Shown here one piece after another: positions 30,340 through 40,819 of a DNA stretch of 64,000 nt (positions are counted from its first letter, which is position 1; every line of letters starts with the position of its first letter). Below the pieces are notes generated by a model. That model was not told where the DNA came from. It searched no databases and saw nothing but the letters and a program-made list of their open reading frames with translations. Position numbers and translations under genes: made by a program. This DNA is from Chloroflexota bacterium (GTDB lineage Bacteria > Chloroflexota > Dehalococcoidia > Dehalococcoidales > RBG-16-60-22): assembly GCA_016190695.1 (NCBI GenBank), contig JACPQC010000005.1, positions 1,873-65,872 on the forward strand, read 5' to 3'.

Positions 30340-31992
30340 TTACAAGATGCTCGGCTCGCGGTATTCCCCGAACACATCCCTCAAGGCGGCGCTGATCTCG
30401 CCGACGGTGGCATAGGCCTTGACCGCCTCGATGAGCGCCGGCATGACGTTCTCGTCGCTGGCGGCCACGCGGCGCACCTGCTCCAGGACAGCGCTTACCT
30501 TGTCGTTATCCCTTTCCCGCCTTAGCTCTCTCAGCTTCTGGACCTGCCGCTGTTCCACCTCCGGGCCGATCTCCAGCGTTTCGGGGAGATGGTCATCCTC
30601 GTTAACGAACTCGTTGACGCCGACGACCACCTGCTCGCCGGAGTCCACAGCCAGCTGGTAGTGATAGGCGGAGGCGGCTATTTCTCTCTGGATATACCCC
30701 TGCTCAATTGCCCTGAGCGCCCCGCCCATCCCGTCAACCTCCCGGATATAGGCCATCGCCTTCTTTTCCAGCTCGCCGGTGAGCCATTCCACGTAATACG
30801 AGCCTCCCATCGGGTCAACTGTATCGGCGGCGCCGCTCTCGTGGGCGATTATCTGCTGCGTCCTTAGCGCCACCTGCACCGCCTCCTCACTGGGCAGTGC
30901 CAGGGCTTCATCATAGGAGTTGGTGTGCAATGACTGGCATCCTCCCAGCACCGCCGCCAGCGCCTGCAGGGCCACCCTTACCGTGTTGTTCAGCGGCTGC
31001 TGGGCAGTCAGGGTGAAGCCATCGGTCTGGACGTGATACCTGAGCATCATGGAGCGGGGGTCTTTGGCCCCGAACCTCTCCTTCATTATCCTGGCCCACA
31101 TCCGCCGCAGCGCCCGGAACTTGGCCACCTCTTCGAGCACGTTGGTATAGGCGGCGAAGAAGAAGGAGAACTGCGGAGCAAAAGAGTCCACCTCCATGCC
31201 CCTGGCCATCATGGCCTTGACGTAGGCGATGCCGTTGGCCAGCGTAAAACCGGCCTCCTGGGCGGCGGTCGCGCCGGCCTCCCTGATATGGTAACCGCTG
31301 ATGCTTATCGAGTTCCAGCGAGGCATATTGCGTGCACAGTAGGCGCAAACATCGGTCACCAGCCTCATCGACGCCGCCGGGGCGAAGGTATAGGTGTTCC
31401 GGGCGATGTACTCTTTGAGGATATCATTCTGCACCGTACCCCGCAGCTCCCGCCGTTTAGCGCCCTGTTTCTCGGCGGCGGCGATGTACATGGCCAGTAT
31501 TACCGGCGCAGTGGCGTTGATGGTCATTGAGGTGCTGACTTCGGCAAGGGGGATATCCTGCCAGAGACGTTCCATATCGGCCAGGGAGTCCACCGCCACG
31601 CCACACCGCCCGACTTCGCCTGCAGACAGGGGATGGTCCGAGTCATAGCCTTCCTGGGTGGGCAGGTGAAAGGCGACGCTGAAGCCGGTCTGTCCGTTGC
31701 GATAGAGATAGCGGTAGCGCTGGTTGGTCTCCTCAACGGTGGCAAAACCGGCGTACTGGCGCATCGTCCACAGCCGGCTGCGGTACCCGTTGGGCATGAT
31801 ATGCCTGGTGAACGGGTACTCCCCGGGTGCGCCGGTATCCTCTTGCCCCGGTCCCTCGATGTCGTCAGCGGTGTAAACCCGCTTGACCACGTTGCCGTCA
31901 ACGGTTGTCCTGAATATCTTCTTACGTTCCGTCATCTCACTGGGAGTAGCATCAGGCATCTGGCTCCTCTCACGCTCAGCCGATATCCCCAA
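30340..31992 (-). CDS. Methylmalonyl-CoA mutase, catalytic subunit
   Basis: [17 protein letters not shown] (Tyr, MCM-type), [28 protein letters not shown]. Start uncertain (31992/31959/31935). Confidence 0.93.
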   Translation of the reverse strand: MGISAERERSQMPDATPSEMTERKKIFRTTVDGNVVKRVYTADDIEGPGQEDTGAPGEYPFTRHIMPNGYRSRLWTMRQYAGFATVEETNQRYRYLYRNGQTGFSVAFHLPTQEGYDSDHPLSAGEVGRCGVAVDSLADMERLWQDIPLAEVSTSMTINATAPVILAMYIAAAEKQGAKRRELRGTVQNDILKEYIARNTYTFAPAASMRLVTDVCAYCARNMPRWNSISISGYHIREAGATAAQEAGFTLANGIAYVKAMMARGMEVDSFAPQFSFFFAAYTNVLEEVAKFRALRRMWARIMKERFGAKDPRSMMLRYHVQTDGFTLTAQQPLNNTVRVALQALAAVLGGCQSLHTNSYDEALALPSEEAVQVALRTQQIIAHESGAADTVDPMGGSYYVEWLTGELEKKAMAYIREVDGMGGALRAIEQGYIQREIAASAYHYQLAVDSGEQVVVGVNEFVNEDDHLPETLEIGPEVEQRQVQKLRELRRERDNDKVSAVLEQVRRVAASDENVMPALIEAVKAYATVGEISAALRDVFGEYREPSIL

Positions 31993-32031
31993 TTATCCTA
32001 CTCCAAGACGAGTCTGTTGTCAAAAAGCGTG

Positions 32032-32060
32032 TTGACTGAGAGTGCGAGAGATAATATACT
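32032..32060 (+). promoter_or_regulatory. Sigma70-type promoter of the tRNA gene
   Basis: TTGACT-17 bp-TATACT. Confidence 0.7.
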
Positions 32061-32100
32061 TATGTAGAAGTTCGGACAGGCGGCTGTCAGCTTCAACAGA

Positions 32101-32172
32101 GGGCTCGTAGCTCAGCGGCAGAGCGGCCGGCTCATAACCGGTTGGTCGTAGGTTCGAATCCTGCCGAGCCCA
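32101..32172 (+). tRNA. tRNA with CAT anticodon, most likely tRNA-Ile2 (lysidine); CCA not encoded
   Basis: Acceptor GGGCTCG/CGAGCCC+A, D arm GCTC...GAGC, anticodon arm GCCGG-CTCATAA-CCGGT, T loop GGTTCGAATCC. G1-C72 pairing excludes initiator tRNA. Confidence 0.93.
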
Positions 32173-32215
32173 TGACCATTCTCAATGCAGGACTGCAGCA
32201 CGAGGAGGGGTTCTC

Positions 32216-32848
<633 letters not shown>

Positions 32849-32883
32849 CGTAGTGCATCGCAAATACCGTTAATCATTGAAAA

Positions 32884-32968
32884 TGTCATTCTTGAGGAGC
32901 GTAGCGACGAAGAATCCGTTTGGTTGTCTCCGCCGGGGTACGGATTCTTCACTTCTTTCAGAATGACA
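32884..32968. repeat. TGTC-type REP palindrome between convergent genes
   Basis: TGTCATTCT...GAAGAATCCGT...ACGGATTCTTC...AGAATGACA; outer CTAACG...CGTTAG. Confidence 0.75.
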
Positions 32969-33004
32969 CCCATTCAGCCAACGAAGCGTTAGATGCGCCA
33001 CACA

Positions 33005-33586
33005 CTAGATATCTACGCCGAACAACCTCATCAGGTTGCGCAGCCCCCAGTACCCGGCATAGGCGATGGTCATCCCCTTGATGGTCTTGCCGACCCAGCA
33101 GATGAGCAGGTATTTGCGCAGGCCGAACTGCAATGCGCCGGCAGCGAGGGCCGCGGGGTAGAAAAAGGGATTAAGTATCGCTGAAAGGAAGAACAGGGTC
33201 ACCGAGCCTCTTTTGGCCATCAACCTCATCATTTTCTCATAGGCAGCCCGTATCTTGCCGTTGCGGCTCTTGAAAAAGGCCGCCCTGCCGCCGTATCCGG
33301 TCAGATAGATGGTCAGCGCCCCGATGGTTTCCCCCACGCCCGCAGCCACCCCGACCAGCCAGGTGTGCTCCATGACGCCGCCGAGAGCAAAGACCACCGC
33401 CAGCATGGGCACGGGGATGATAATGGTCGCCCCGCCCAGGACGCTGATCACCAGCACCCCCAGATAGCCGTAGGCCTGCAGTCCCCGGACGAACTCCCAG
33501 AAATAGATAACCGCCCCTGCCATCAGCAGCGTAAGCACCATGAAAACGGTGCCTACCAGGACGGTTACCTTGTGCGATACTTTCAA
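33005..33586 (-). CDS. VTT/DedA-like membrane protein
   Basis: Hydrophobic; YGYLGV, PVPM, GETIGALTIY. Confidence 0.7.
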   Translation of the reverse strand: MKVSHKVTVLVGTVFMVLTLLMAGAVIYFWEFVRGLQAYGYLGVLVISVLGGATIIIPVPMLAVVFALGGVMEHTWLVGVAAGVGETIGALTIYLTGYGGRAAFFKSRNGKIRAAYEKMMRLMAKRGSVTLFFLSAILNPFFYPAALAAGALQFGLRKYLLICWVGKTIKGMTIAYAGYWGLRNLMRLFGVDI

Positions 33587-33653
33587 TTCTGTATCGACCT
33601 TGCCAAGCGGATAGCTTTCTATTGGCTGACCTCGTAATCCCGGATTATTTTAT

Positions 33654-36101
33654 TCAAGCTACCGCCGAAGTTACCTTGATGGTAAAGACCAGGCCTTCTT
33701 CGCCCAGGTCAACAGCGATGACATCACCTTCCTTAAGCTCACGGCGCAGCAGCATGGTGGAAAGCGGGTTTTCCACGTATCGCTCGATCACCCGCCGCAG
33801 CGGTCTTGCGCCATAGACCGGGTCGTAGCCCGTTTTGACCAGCCATAACCTGGCCGCATCGGTCAGCTCCAGCCCTACCTTGTGTTCGGTCAAGCGGTCC
33901 TCCAGGTCCTTTATCATGAGGTCCACGATACCCCGGAGCTGCTCTTCGGTCAACTCGTGGAAGACGATTATCTCGTCCAGCCGGTTGAGGAACTCGGGGC
34001 GGAATATCTTCCTGACCTCGGTCATGACCATTTCCTTCATAGCTTCATAGCTCTTCCGGGCTACCTCGCTTCCCTTCTGAGGGGCGAAGCCGATTGCCGA
34101 TTCCCGCTTGATAAGCTCGACGCCGGCGTTGCTGGTCATGATCACCACGGTATTCTTGAAATCAACCGTCCGCCCGTGACCATCGGTCATGCGACCGTCA
34201 TCGAGTACCTGGAGCAGGGCGTTGAACACCTCGGGATGGGCCTTCTCGATCTCGTCCAGCAGGATGACACGGTAAGGCCGCCGCCGCACTGCCTCGGTAA
34301 GCTGGCCGCCCTCCTCAAAGCCCACGTATCCCGGCGGGGCGCCGATGAGACGGGAGACGGTGTGCTTCTCCTGGTACTCGGACATGTCCAGCCTGACCAT
34401 CGCATTCTCGTCATCGAACATGAACCAGGCCAGGGTGCGCGCCAGTTCGGTCTTGCCCACGCCGGTAGGGCCGAGGAAAAGGAAACTGCCGATGGGACGC
34501 CGTGGGTCTTTAAGCCCGGCCCGGCTGCGGCGAATAGCCTCGGATATGGCGGATACGGCCTCTTCCTGGTCTATCAGCCGCTCGTGAATGCGCCCCTCCA
34601 TATGAATGAGTTTTTCAGCCTCGCCCTCGAGCATCTGTGACACCGGTATGCCCGTCCAGCTTGAGATGAGCCTGGCGATGTTTTCTTCGGTGACCTCAAA
34701 ATCGAGCTTGCCCTGCTGGAGCCACTGGCTCTTTGCCTGGAGATATTGCTGTTCCAGGCGCAGCCTATCCGCCTTTATCTGGGCGGCCCGTTCGTATTCC
34801 TGGCGCTGGGAGGCCGCTTCCTCCTCGTTGGTAAGCTGGTTCAGGCGCTGCTCCAGGGCCTTGACCTCCGGCGGGGCGCTTTCCGTGTCTATGCGCACTT
34901 TGCTCGCCGCTTCATCGATAAGGTCAATGGCCTTGTCCGGCAGATGGCGGTCGGATATGTAGCGGTGGCTGAGCTTGGCCGCTGCCACCAGGGCCTCATC
35001 GGTTATCTTTATCTTGTGGTGCGCCTCGTACCTGGGCCGGAGACCGCGCAGCATCTCGATAGTGGTCTCGTAGGAAGGTTCGCTGACAAAGACCGGCTGC
35101 AACCGGCGCTCCAGGGCCTTGTCCTTTTCAATGAACTTGCGGTATTCATCCAGGGTGGTGGCCCCAATGCACTGCAGTTCGCCATGTGCCAGAGCCGGCT
35201 TGAGCATGTTGCCGGCGTTTATAGCGCCTTCAGCAGCCCCGGCGCCGACCATGGTATGTATCTCATCAATGAAGAGTATCACCTCACCCTGGGCCTCTCT
35301 GACCTCGTCCATTACCGCCTTCAGGCGCTCCTCGAACTCGCCCCGGAACTTGCTCCCGGCCACCAGGGCGCCCATATCCAGGGCGATGACCTTCCGCCCC
35401 TTGAGCGAACCAGGCACGTCATCAGCGGCGATCTTCTGGGCGATCCCCTCGGCTATGGCCGTCTTGCCCACCCCGGCCTCGCCGACCACCACCGGGTTAT
35501 TCTTGGTGCGGCGGGTGAGGATCTGCATGACGCGCCTTATCTCCTCGTCACGGCCAATGACGGGGTCGAGCTTGCCTTGCCGGGCGAGTTCAGTCAGGTC
35601 CCTGCCATACTTTTGCAGGGCGCGGTACTTGCTCTCAGCCCTGGTATCGGTAACGCGATGAGCGCCGCGGAGCTTCTGGAGCACGCGGTACAGGGTCTCC
35701 TGGTCCAGCCCGAAGCGCCGCAGCATCATGGCCGCCTCGCCGCGGTCATCGCTGACGATGGCAATCAACAGGTGCTCGGTGCTGATGTACTCGTCCTTGA
35801 GCCGGTCTGCCTCGTCGCTCGCCTTTTTCATCATCATGGCGATACGCGGCGTGGCGTATATCTGCCCGGTCTCAAAAGCCACCCTGGGCACCTTATCCAG
35901 AACGGCTTCCACCTCGCCCTTGACCGCCCCGGCGTCTATATTCAGTTCCTCCAGTATCTGGACGACCAGCCCCTCTTCTTGCTGCAACAGGGCAAGCAGC
36001 ACATGCTCGATGTCCCACTGGCTGTGGTGGTACTGCTGCACTATCTCATGGGATGCAGCCAGGGCCTGCTGCGCCAGTTCGGTAAATCTCTCCTGTCTCA
36101 T
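33654..36101 (-). CDS. clpC: ClpC-type AAA+ chaperone
   Basis: Clp-N repeats, [16 protein letters not shown], short UVR-like M domain ([10 protein letters not shown]), IGF loop (SAIGF), YGARPL. Confidence 0.88.
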   Translation of the reverse strand: MRQERFTELAQQALAASHEIVQQYHHSQWDIEHVLLALLQQEEGLVVQILEELNIDAGAVKGEVEAVLDKVPRVAFETGQIYATPRIAMMMKKASDEADRLKDEYISTEHLLIAIVSDDRGEAAMMLRRFGLDQETLYRVLQKLRGAHRVTDTRAESKYRALQKYGRDLTELARQGKLDPVIGRDEEIRRVMQILTRRTKNNPVVVGEAGVGKTAIAEGIAQKIAADDVPGSLKGRKVIALDMGALVAGSKFRGEFEERLKAVMDEVREAQGEVILFIDEIHTMVGAGAAEGAINAGNMLKPALAHGELQCIGATTLDEYRKFIEKDKALERRLQPVFVSEPSYETTIEMLRGLRPRYEAHHKIKITDEALVAAAKLSHRYISDRHLPDKAIDLIDEAASKVRIDTESAPPEVKALEQRLNQLTNEEEAASQRQEYERAAQIKADRLRLEQQYLQAKSQWLQQGKLDFEVTEENIARLISSWTGIPVSQMLEGEAEKLIHMEGRIHERLIDQEEAVSAISEAIRRSRAGLKDPRRPIGSFLFLGPTGVGKTELARTLAWFMFDDENAMVRLDMSEYQEKHTVSRLIGAPPGYVGFEEGGQLTEAVRRRPYRVILLDEIEKAHPEVFNALLQVLDDGRMTDGHGRTVDFKNTVVIMTSNAGVELIKRESAIGFAPQKGSEVARKSYEAMKEMVMTEVRKIFRPEFLNRLDEIIVFHELTEEQLRGIVDLMIKDLEDRLTEHKVGLELTDAARLWLVKTGYDPVYGARPLRRVIERYVENPLSTMLLRRELKEGDVIAVDLGEEGLVFTIKVTSAVA

Positions 36102-36424
36102 TGGTCTCCTCCGCTCTGCCGCAACTGCTCTCTCGTCTCTTCTAGCTCCCTCTGCAGCTCGTTCATGCGCTGTATCATGCGCAAAATGACCTCTGCGCCC
36201 GCCAGGTTGACGCCCATGTCTTCCATAAGTGACTTGATCTTTCTCAGCAGGGCGACATCCCGCTCAGAGTACAGCCTGATGTTGCCGCGAGAGCGGTACG
36301 GCTCTATTATGCCAATCTTCTCATAATAACGCAAGGTATGGGAGCGAACGCCGAGCATCCTGGCCACTACGCTGATGACGTAGCGTGGTTCAGTTTCCCG
36401 GCTGCGCTCATTGATTACGGTCAT
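36098..36424 (-). CDS. hspR: HspR-like MerR regulator
   Basis: YVISVVARMLGV, TLRYYE, RSRGNIRLYS, GVNLAG. Confidence 0.85.
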   Translation of the reverse strand: MTVINERSRETEPRYVISVVARMLGVRSHTLRYYEKIGIIEPYRSRGNIRLYSERDVALLRKIKSLMEDMGVNLAGAEVILRMIQRMNELQRELEETREQLRQSGGDQ

Positions 36425-37398
36425 TTGCCATCACCCTCTGAACGCAGCCCGGCAAGCTGCTGGAAAAGCTCCCTCTCTTGCTGGGACAGCCCGGTTGGCA
36501 GGACTACATTGACCCTGGCCAGGATATCGCCGCGGGAGGGACTACCCGGGTGAGGCATGCCCCGCCCTGCCAGGCGAAAAATGCTGCCGTTCTGTGTCTC
36601 CGGCGGCACTTTCAGCATGAGTTTGCCCCCGGGAGTTGGCACTTCCGCTTCGCCACCCAGGACAGCCACGGTCAAGGGCAGCGGAACGCTCACATGCAGG
36701 TTTGCGCCGTGACGCTCAAAGACGGGGTGCGGTCTCAACGTGACCACCAGGTAAAGGTCGCCCGGAGCGCCATTGCCCCGCGTCCCCTTGCCGGCGATGC
36801 GCACCCTTGAGCCGGTAGTCACCCCCGCCGGTATCTTGACCTCCAGCCTTTCCATCCGGAGCGCGGAACCGCCTCCGCCACAGGCAGGGCACGGCTGATT
36901 GCGGCTCCACCCCCGGCCCTGGCAGCGCGGGCAAGGCTCCTCGACCTGGAAGCTGATATTGCGGGTCACGCCGCTGTAGGCCTCCTCAAGGGACACTTCA
37001 ACGGGATACTCCACGTCCTCGCCCCGGGCGGCGCGGTGGGGGCGGGCGCCTTTCAGCATCTCTTCAAAGATGCTGTCGGTGAACACGTTCTCAAAGTCGA
37101 ACGGGCCAGCACCCCCACGATAAGTCCCGGTACGCGGTCCGGCCCCGGCGCCGGCCCGGGCGAACTGTTCGGCGTGCTGCCACTGGTCGCCATACAGGTC
37201 ATACTTCTGCCGGCTCTCCTTGTTGGAGAGGACCTCGTAGGCCTCGTTTATCTTCTTGAACTTCTCTTCCGCCGATTTGTCGCCGGAATTAACATCAGGG
37301 TGATGTTTCCGCGCCAGTTTACGGTAGGCTTCCTTTATCTGCTGATCGCTGGCGTTCCGGCTTACGCCCAGTATCGCATAATAATCTTTGTTTGCCAT
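36421..37398 (-). CDS. J-domain protein (CbpA/DnaJ-like) with half zinc finger
   Basis: KDYY, HPD, only two CxxCxGxG motifs, DnaJ C-terminal domain. Confidence 0.88.
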   Translation of the reverse strand: MANKDYYAILGVSRNASDQQIKEAYRKLARKHHPDVNSGDKSAEEKFKKINEAYEVLSNKESRQKYDLYGDQWQHAEQFARAGAGAGPRTGTYRGGAGPFDFENVFTDSIFEEMLKGARPHRAARGEDVEYPVEVSLEEAYSGVTRNISFQVEEPCPRCQGRGWSRNQPCPACGGGGSALRMERLEVKIPAGVTTGSRVRIAGKGTRGNGAPGDLYLVVTLRPHPVFERHGANLHVSVPLPLTVAVLGGEAEVPTPGGKLMLKVPPETQNGSIFRLAGRGMPHPGSPSRGDILARVNVVLPTGLSQQERELFQQLAGLRSEGDGK

Positions 37399-37419
37399 GC
37401 CAATTCTACCTCTGGTTTT

Positions 37420-37448
37420 ATTATAGTCTCTTACTAAGAAGTCGTCAA
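37420..37448 (-). promoter_or_regulatory. Sigma70-type promoter of the J-protein-hspR-clpC operon
   Basis: Minus strand TTGACG-17 bp-TATAAT; palindrome TCTTA-C-TAAGA in the spacer. Confidence 0.7.
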
Positions 37449-37572
37449 TATCTTTTTCAACAAACTTAATAATTATTTATTAAGAGTTTTGACGTTGGTA
37501 GCGAGTGCACCTGAATCTGAAATTCATTGCATAAATGCAGCGCTCGAAGAAACATGGCTTACCAATATGCTA

Positions 37573-37634
37573 ACCATTCCGTACTCTATACGGAATCCAG
37601 AAAACCACTGGATACCGACTTCCGTCGGTATGGT
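37573..37634. repeat. Degenerate REP palindrome (same family as 2897-2962)
   Basis: ACCATTCCG...CGGAATCCAG-AAAACCA-CTGGATACCG...CGGTATGGT. Confidence 0.55.
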
Positions 37635-37743
37635 GAATTATGAGAAGGTCTAATAACTCATCACCCTAAGCCCCGCCGCAGCCAGATAAAAAAGCACCGA
37701 TATAGTTGACACAGCACCCCAGACAGATATAATGTTAATAGCG

Positions 37744-38559
37744 ATGGGTTTTAAGAGATGTCCTAACTGCGACCGCCCGACCAGGAGAACGGCGGACTGG
37801 GCCTGCGAATGGTGCGGCTATTCGCTCGTGGACTCATCCTACGAGAAAGCAGACAAGACGTTCAGCGAGTTAGAGAGTGAGCGCAGGCCTGCCTTCGAGC
37901 CGCGCCCGGAAACTACTCACTGGCAACCGGTACGGCCCACCGGATCCCGCCCGCAGCCGCCGCCACCTCCACAGCAGCCACCGGAGATAGCGCCCCTTTC
38001 CGAGATATCTCCGCCTGAACCATCCCCCGAAACCCGGCCTGAACCTCCACTGCAAGAATCGCCGGGGCCGCCACCGGCACCTGTTGAGGAAACCGGCCCG
38101 GCGGCTGAAGTCCTTTCCGCTGAAGAGCCTTTTGAAGCGGAGCAGCCGGACGAAGAGATTGTCCCGGAACGGCAGCCCCCTATCCCGGAGCCGGCGCCAG
38201 CACCGGCCGTACCCATCCCTGACCTGGACCGGCCATCAGGAGAACTTTCCGTGACCGTGGATGGCTTGAACGCGGCCTTCCGGGCTGACAGCGCCGCCGC
38301 CCACTCCAGGCTGGCCGGCAAGATAATCGCCGTCTCAGGCACAGTTGAGAAGGTGGTCATCAAGGAACACCTGGAGATCAGGTACATCATCCTGGCCGGG
38401 GGCGGCGGGGAAAGCCAGTTGCGAGTACGCGGGACCTTCGGGCGCGAATACCGCCCAGAGCTGAGCAAACTTTCCACCGGCCAGCAAGCGACCATAAAAG
38501 GGGCCTACCAGGGCTTTGAGCGGAATATCCTGCTGGAAAGATGCGAGTTGATAGCCTGA
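37744..38559 (+). CDS. Zinc-ribbon + Pro/Glu-rich linker + OB-fold (tRNA_anti-like) protein
   Basis: CPNC...CEWC; C-terminal GKIIAVSGTVEKV...GQQATIKGAYQG. Promoter TTGACA(37706)-16-TATAAT(37728) puts the start at 37744. Confidence 0.65.
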   Translation: MGFKRCPNCDRPTRRTADWACEWCGYSLVDSSYEKADKTFSELESERRPAFEPRPETTHWQPVRPTGSRPQPPPPPQQPPEIAPLSEISPPEPSPETRPEPPLQESPGPPPAPVEETGPAAEVLSAEEPFEAEQPDEEIVPERQPPIPEPAPAPAVPIPDLDRPSGELSVTVDGLNAAFRADSAAAHSRLAGKIIAVSGTVEKVVIKEHLEIRYIILAGGGGESQLRVRGTFGREYRPELSKLSTGQQATIKGAYQGFERNILLERCELIA

Positions 38560-38566
38560 TAGCTCT

Positions 38567-39139
38567 TCAGGAGAGTGCCTGGGCCTCAGCAAAGGCATCC
38601 AGGAACTGCTTGAGTATGCGCGCGGTAGCCCCCCAGATGACCACATCACGGTATTGGTAGTAGTAGGCGGTGAGCGGCTGCGCCTTCACGAACTGGGTCT
38701 CAATGCGCAGGCAGTCCCCGTTCAGCAGCGCGCTCACCGGCGCCTCGATAACTTCTTCGGTCTCACCCCTGTTGATCTTGAGTTCATAGGGCCAGGGGAT
38801 AAAAGCCACGTAAGATGAGATGACATAGTTCGAGGTCTGGCTCAACTCATCGTCCAACTGCCCCACCACCTCGGTGTCGCCGGCCAGGATGCCTATCTCC
38901 TCGGCGCATTCGCGCAAGGCTGTCTCCAGCAGAGAGCCGTCTCCCGGTTCATAGGCCCCGCCGGGAAAGGATATCTGGCCCTTGTGCTCCCTGACCGTAT
39001 CGGTGCGCCTGGTTAACAGGAGATGGTACTGGTTATCGAAGCTGTACACCGGCACCAGCACCGCCGCTTTTATCCGGCTGGGGTCAATGATGGTGCGCCT
39101 GCGTCTGAGTGATAGTGCTTGCGTCAGATGCTCTTTCAT
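38567..39139 (-). CDS. Nudix CoA pyrophosphatase
   Basis: AAVLVP, LLTRR, HKGQISFPGG, ALRECAEEIG, IWGATARIL. Confidence 0.92.
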   Translation of the reverse strand: MKEHLTQALSLRRRRTIIDPSRIKAAVLVPVYSFDNQYHLLLTRRTDTVREHKGQISFPGGAYEPGDGSLLETALRECAEEIGILAGDTEVVGQLDDELSQTSNYVISSYVAFIPWPYELKINRGETEEVIEAPVSALLNGDCLRIETQFVKAQPLTAYYYQYRDVVIWGATARILKQFLDAFAEAQALS

Positions 39140-39262
39140 AGCTCACTTCCATTATAGCCATTAAGACCAGCCAGCGCCAGTTTGCCATAATTACGTTCAG
39201 GCGCTGCCGGCCCTGTTCCTGCTATAATAGACGAGGCAAGCTGTTTCCTGAGAGGCGCTTAC

Positions 39263-40387
39263 TTGGACTTCAACCTATCCGAGCAGGAGAAAATGCTCCA
39301 GGGACTGGCCAGGGACTTCGCCACCGAGGAAGTCCGGCCCCTGGCCATGGAGATCGACCGCTCCGGCCAGTTTCCCGTTAATCTTTCAAAAGAGATGGGG
39401 GCGCGCGGCTACCGGGGACTGCCCTACCCGGCGAACTGTGGCGGCAGCGGCGCCGGCTATCTGAGCTATGCCCTGGTGCTGGAGCAAGTAAGCCGGGCGT
39501 CAATGACCACCGGGGCCATCATGGCGGTGAACACCGTGCCGGAGGAGGCGGTGTACCGCTTCGGCACCGAGGAACAAAAACAGACCTTTCTGACTCCTCT
39601 GGCCCGGGGCAAGCTGCTCGGCGGTATCGCCTTCACCGAGCCGGAGACCGGCTCCGACCCCAAAGCCATCACCGCCATGTCCCGGCGCAGCGCCGGCGGC
39701 TTTGTCCTCAGCGGCCAGAAGCAGTTCGTGGCCATGGCCCCCGTGCTGGACCTGGCCATGGTCTTCACCCGGCGGGAGGGGGAGGGACTGAACGCCTTCA
39801 TCGTTGAAACTTCATCGCCCGGGGTCAGCGTCGGCGAGGCCTGCGATACCCTGGGACTGCGGGGGCTGGGCACGGCCACGCTCTACCTGGACGATGTGCA
39901 CGTGCCGGAGACGGCCTTGCTGGGCGAAGAAGGGCAGGGCTTCGAGGTGCTGCTGGAGTCGATAAGCCTGGGGCGGCTGGGCGTAGCCGTCGAGGCGCTG
40001 GGGGTGGCCCAGGCGGCGCTGGACCTGTCCCTGGACTACGCCGGGAAGAGGCGGGCCCGGGGCGGGCCGATATCACGTCTGCCTGCCATCCAGTGGCACC
40101 TGGCCGAGATGTCAGCACGTGTGGAGGCGACCCGCTGGCTGGTGTACCACACCGCCTTCCTCCGCGACCAGGGACAGGGCATCAGGCAGGAGTCGGCGGT
40201 GGCCAAGCTGTTCGCATCCAGGGCGGCGGTTGAGGTGACAGGCATGGCCATGCAGGTCCACGGCTCCTATGGCGCCATGCGAGACATGACCGTCGAGCGC
40301 CTGTACCGCGACGCCAAGATGACCGAGATATACGTGGGCGTCTCCGAGCTACAAAGAAGCCTGATTGCCGGGTATATGATAGAGTGA
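39263..40387 (+). CDS. Acyl-CoA dehydrogenase family protein
   Basis: AFTEPETGSD, GQKQF, LGLRG, LGEEGQGF, ERLYRDAK. Catalytic-base position reads IYVG. Confidence 0.9.
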   Translation: MDFNLSEQEKMLQGLARDFATEEVRPLAMEIDRSGQFPVNLSKEMGARGYRGLPYPANCGGSGAGYLSYALVLEQVSRASMTTGAIMAVNTVPEEAVYRFGTEEQKQTFLTPLARGKLLGGIAFTEPETGSDPKAITAMSRRSAGGFVLSGQKQFVAMAPVLDLAMVFTRREGEGLNAFIVETSSPGVSVGEACDTLGLRGLGTATLYLDDVHVPETALLGEEGQGFEVLLESISLGRLGVAVEALGVAQAALDLSLDYAGKRRARGGPISRLPAIQWHLAEMSARVEATRWLVYHTAFLRDQGQGIRQESAVAKLFASRAAVEVTGMAMQVHGSYGAMRDMTVERLYRDAKMTEIYVGVSELQRSLIAGYMIE

Positions 40388-40399
40388 AGGAGCACACAC

Positions 40400-40501
40400 A
40401 TGGCCGAGTTTCTGACGACACAAGGGACTGCCTACCATCTGGAACGAATTATTAGTAACAACTTGAAGGTACAGTCTAATGCGCAAGCGAAAAAGAATTA
40501 A
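40400..40501 (+). pseudogene. Probable 5' remnant of a PLD-like (phospholipase D family) gene
   Basis: SD GAAGGAG then MAEFLTTQGTAYHLERII, which resembles MAKFLxTxxxxYHLExII N-termini as I recall them; ends after 33 codons. Confidence 0.4.
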
Positions 40502-40745
40502 AGTGGTACTTGGCCCGAAATGCCAGATGCCTCTTCCTAAAGAGATATGCGACCAGTTAGGCACCGGCCCTGGTGACGTGCTGGAACTGATGGTCGAAGA
40601 TTCCACCCTGGTTGCCAGGCCGAGGAAAAGGGTGGCATTGGAAGCGCTCAAGGAAATCCAGCAGGCTTTCCAGTGCTCCGGCATCACCGAAGACGAACTT
40701 CAAGAGGCTGGACGCCGGGTGCGACAAGATTATCACATCGCCTGA
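40479..40745 (+). CDS. AbrB/MazE-family antitoxin-like protein (orphan)
   Basis: LGPKCQMPLPKEICDQLGTGPGDVLEL...LVARP. Confidence 0.7.
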   Translation: MRKRKRIKVVLGPKCQMPLPKEICDQLGTGPGDVLELMVEDSTLVARPRKRVALEALKEIQQAFQCSGITEDELQEAGRRVRQDYHIA

Positions 40746-40819
40746 TGCTCCCCAGACAGCCCTTAGCTGGATGCCGCCTATATCACTATTACTTTAATGG
40801 ATAAACAGGAAACGGGACC

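Noticed and set aside
30340-31992. Isobutyryl- or 2-hydroxyisobutyryl-CoA mutase
   Set aside because: RQY and the conserved Arg (EYIAR) match methylmalonyl-CoA specificity, and the epimerase is in the same operon.
34746-36326. Long antisense ORFs (also 24018-25559, 18928-20157, 45786-47141, 61068-62231)
   Set aside because: They lie opposite well-supported genes, lack motifs, and are expected from GC-rich codon bias.
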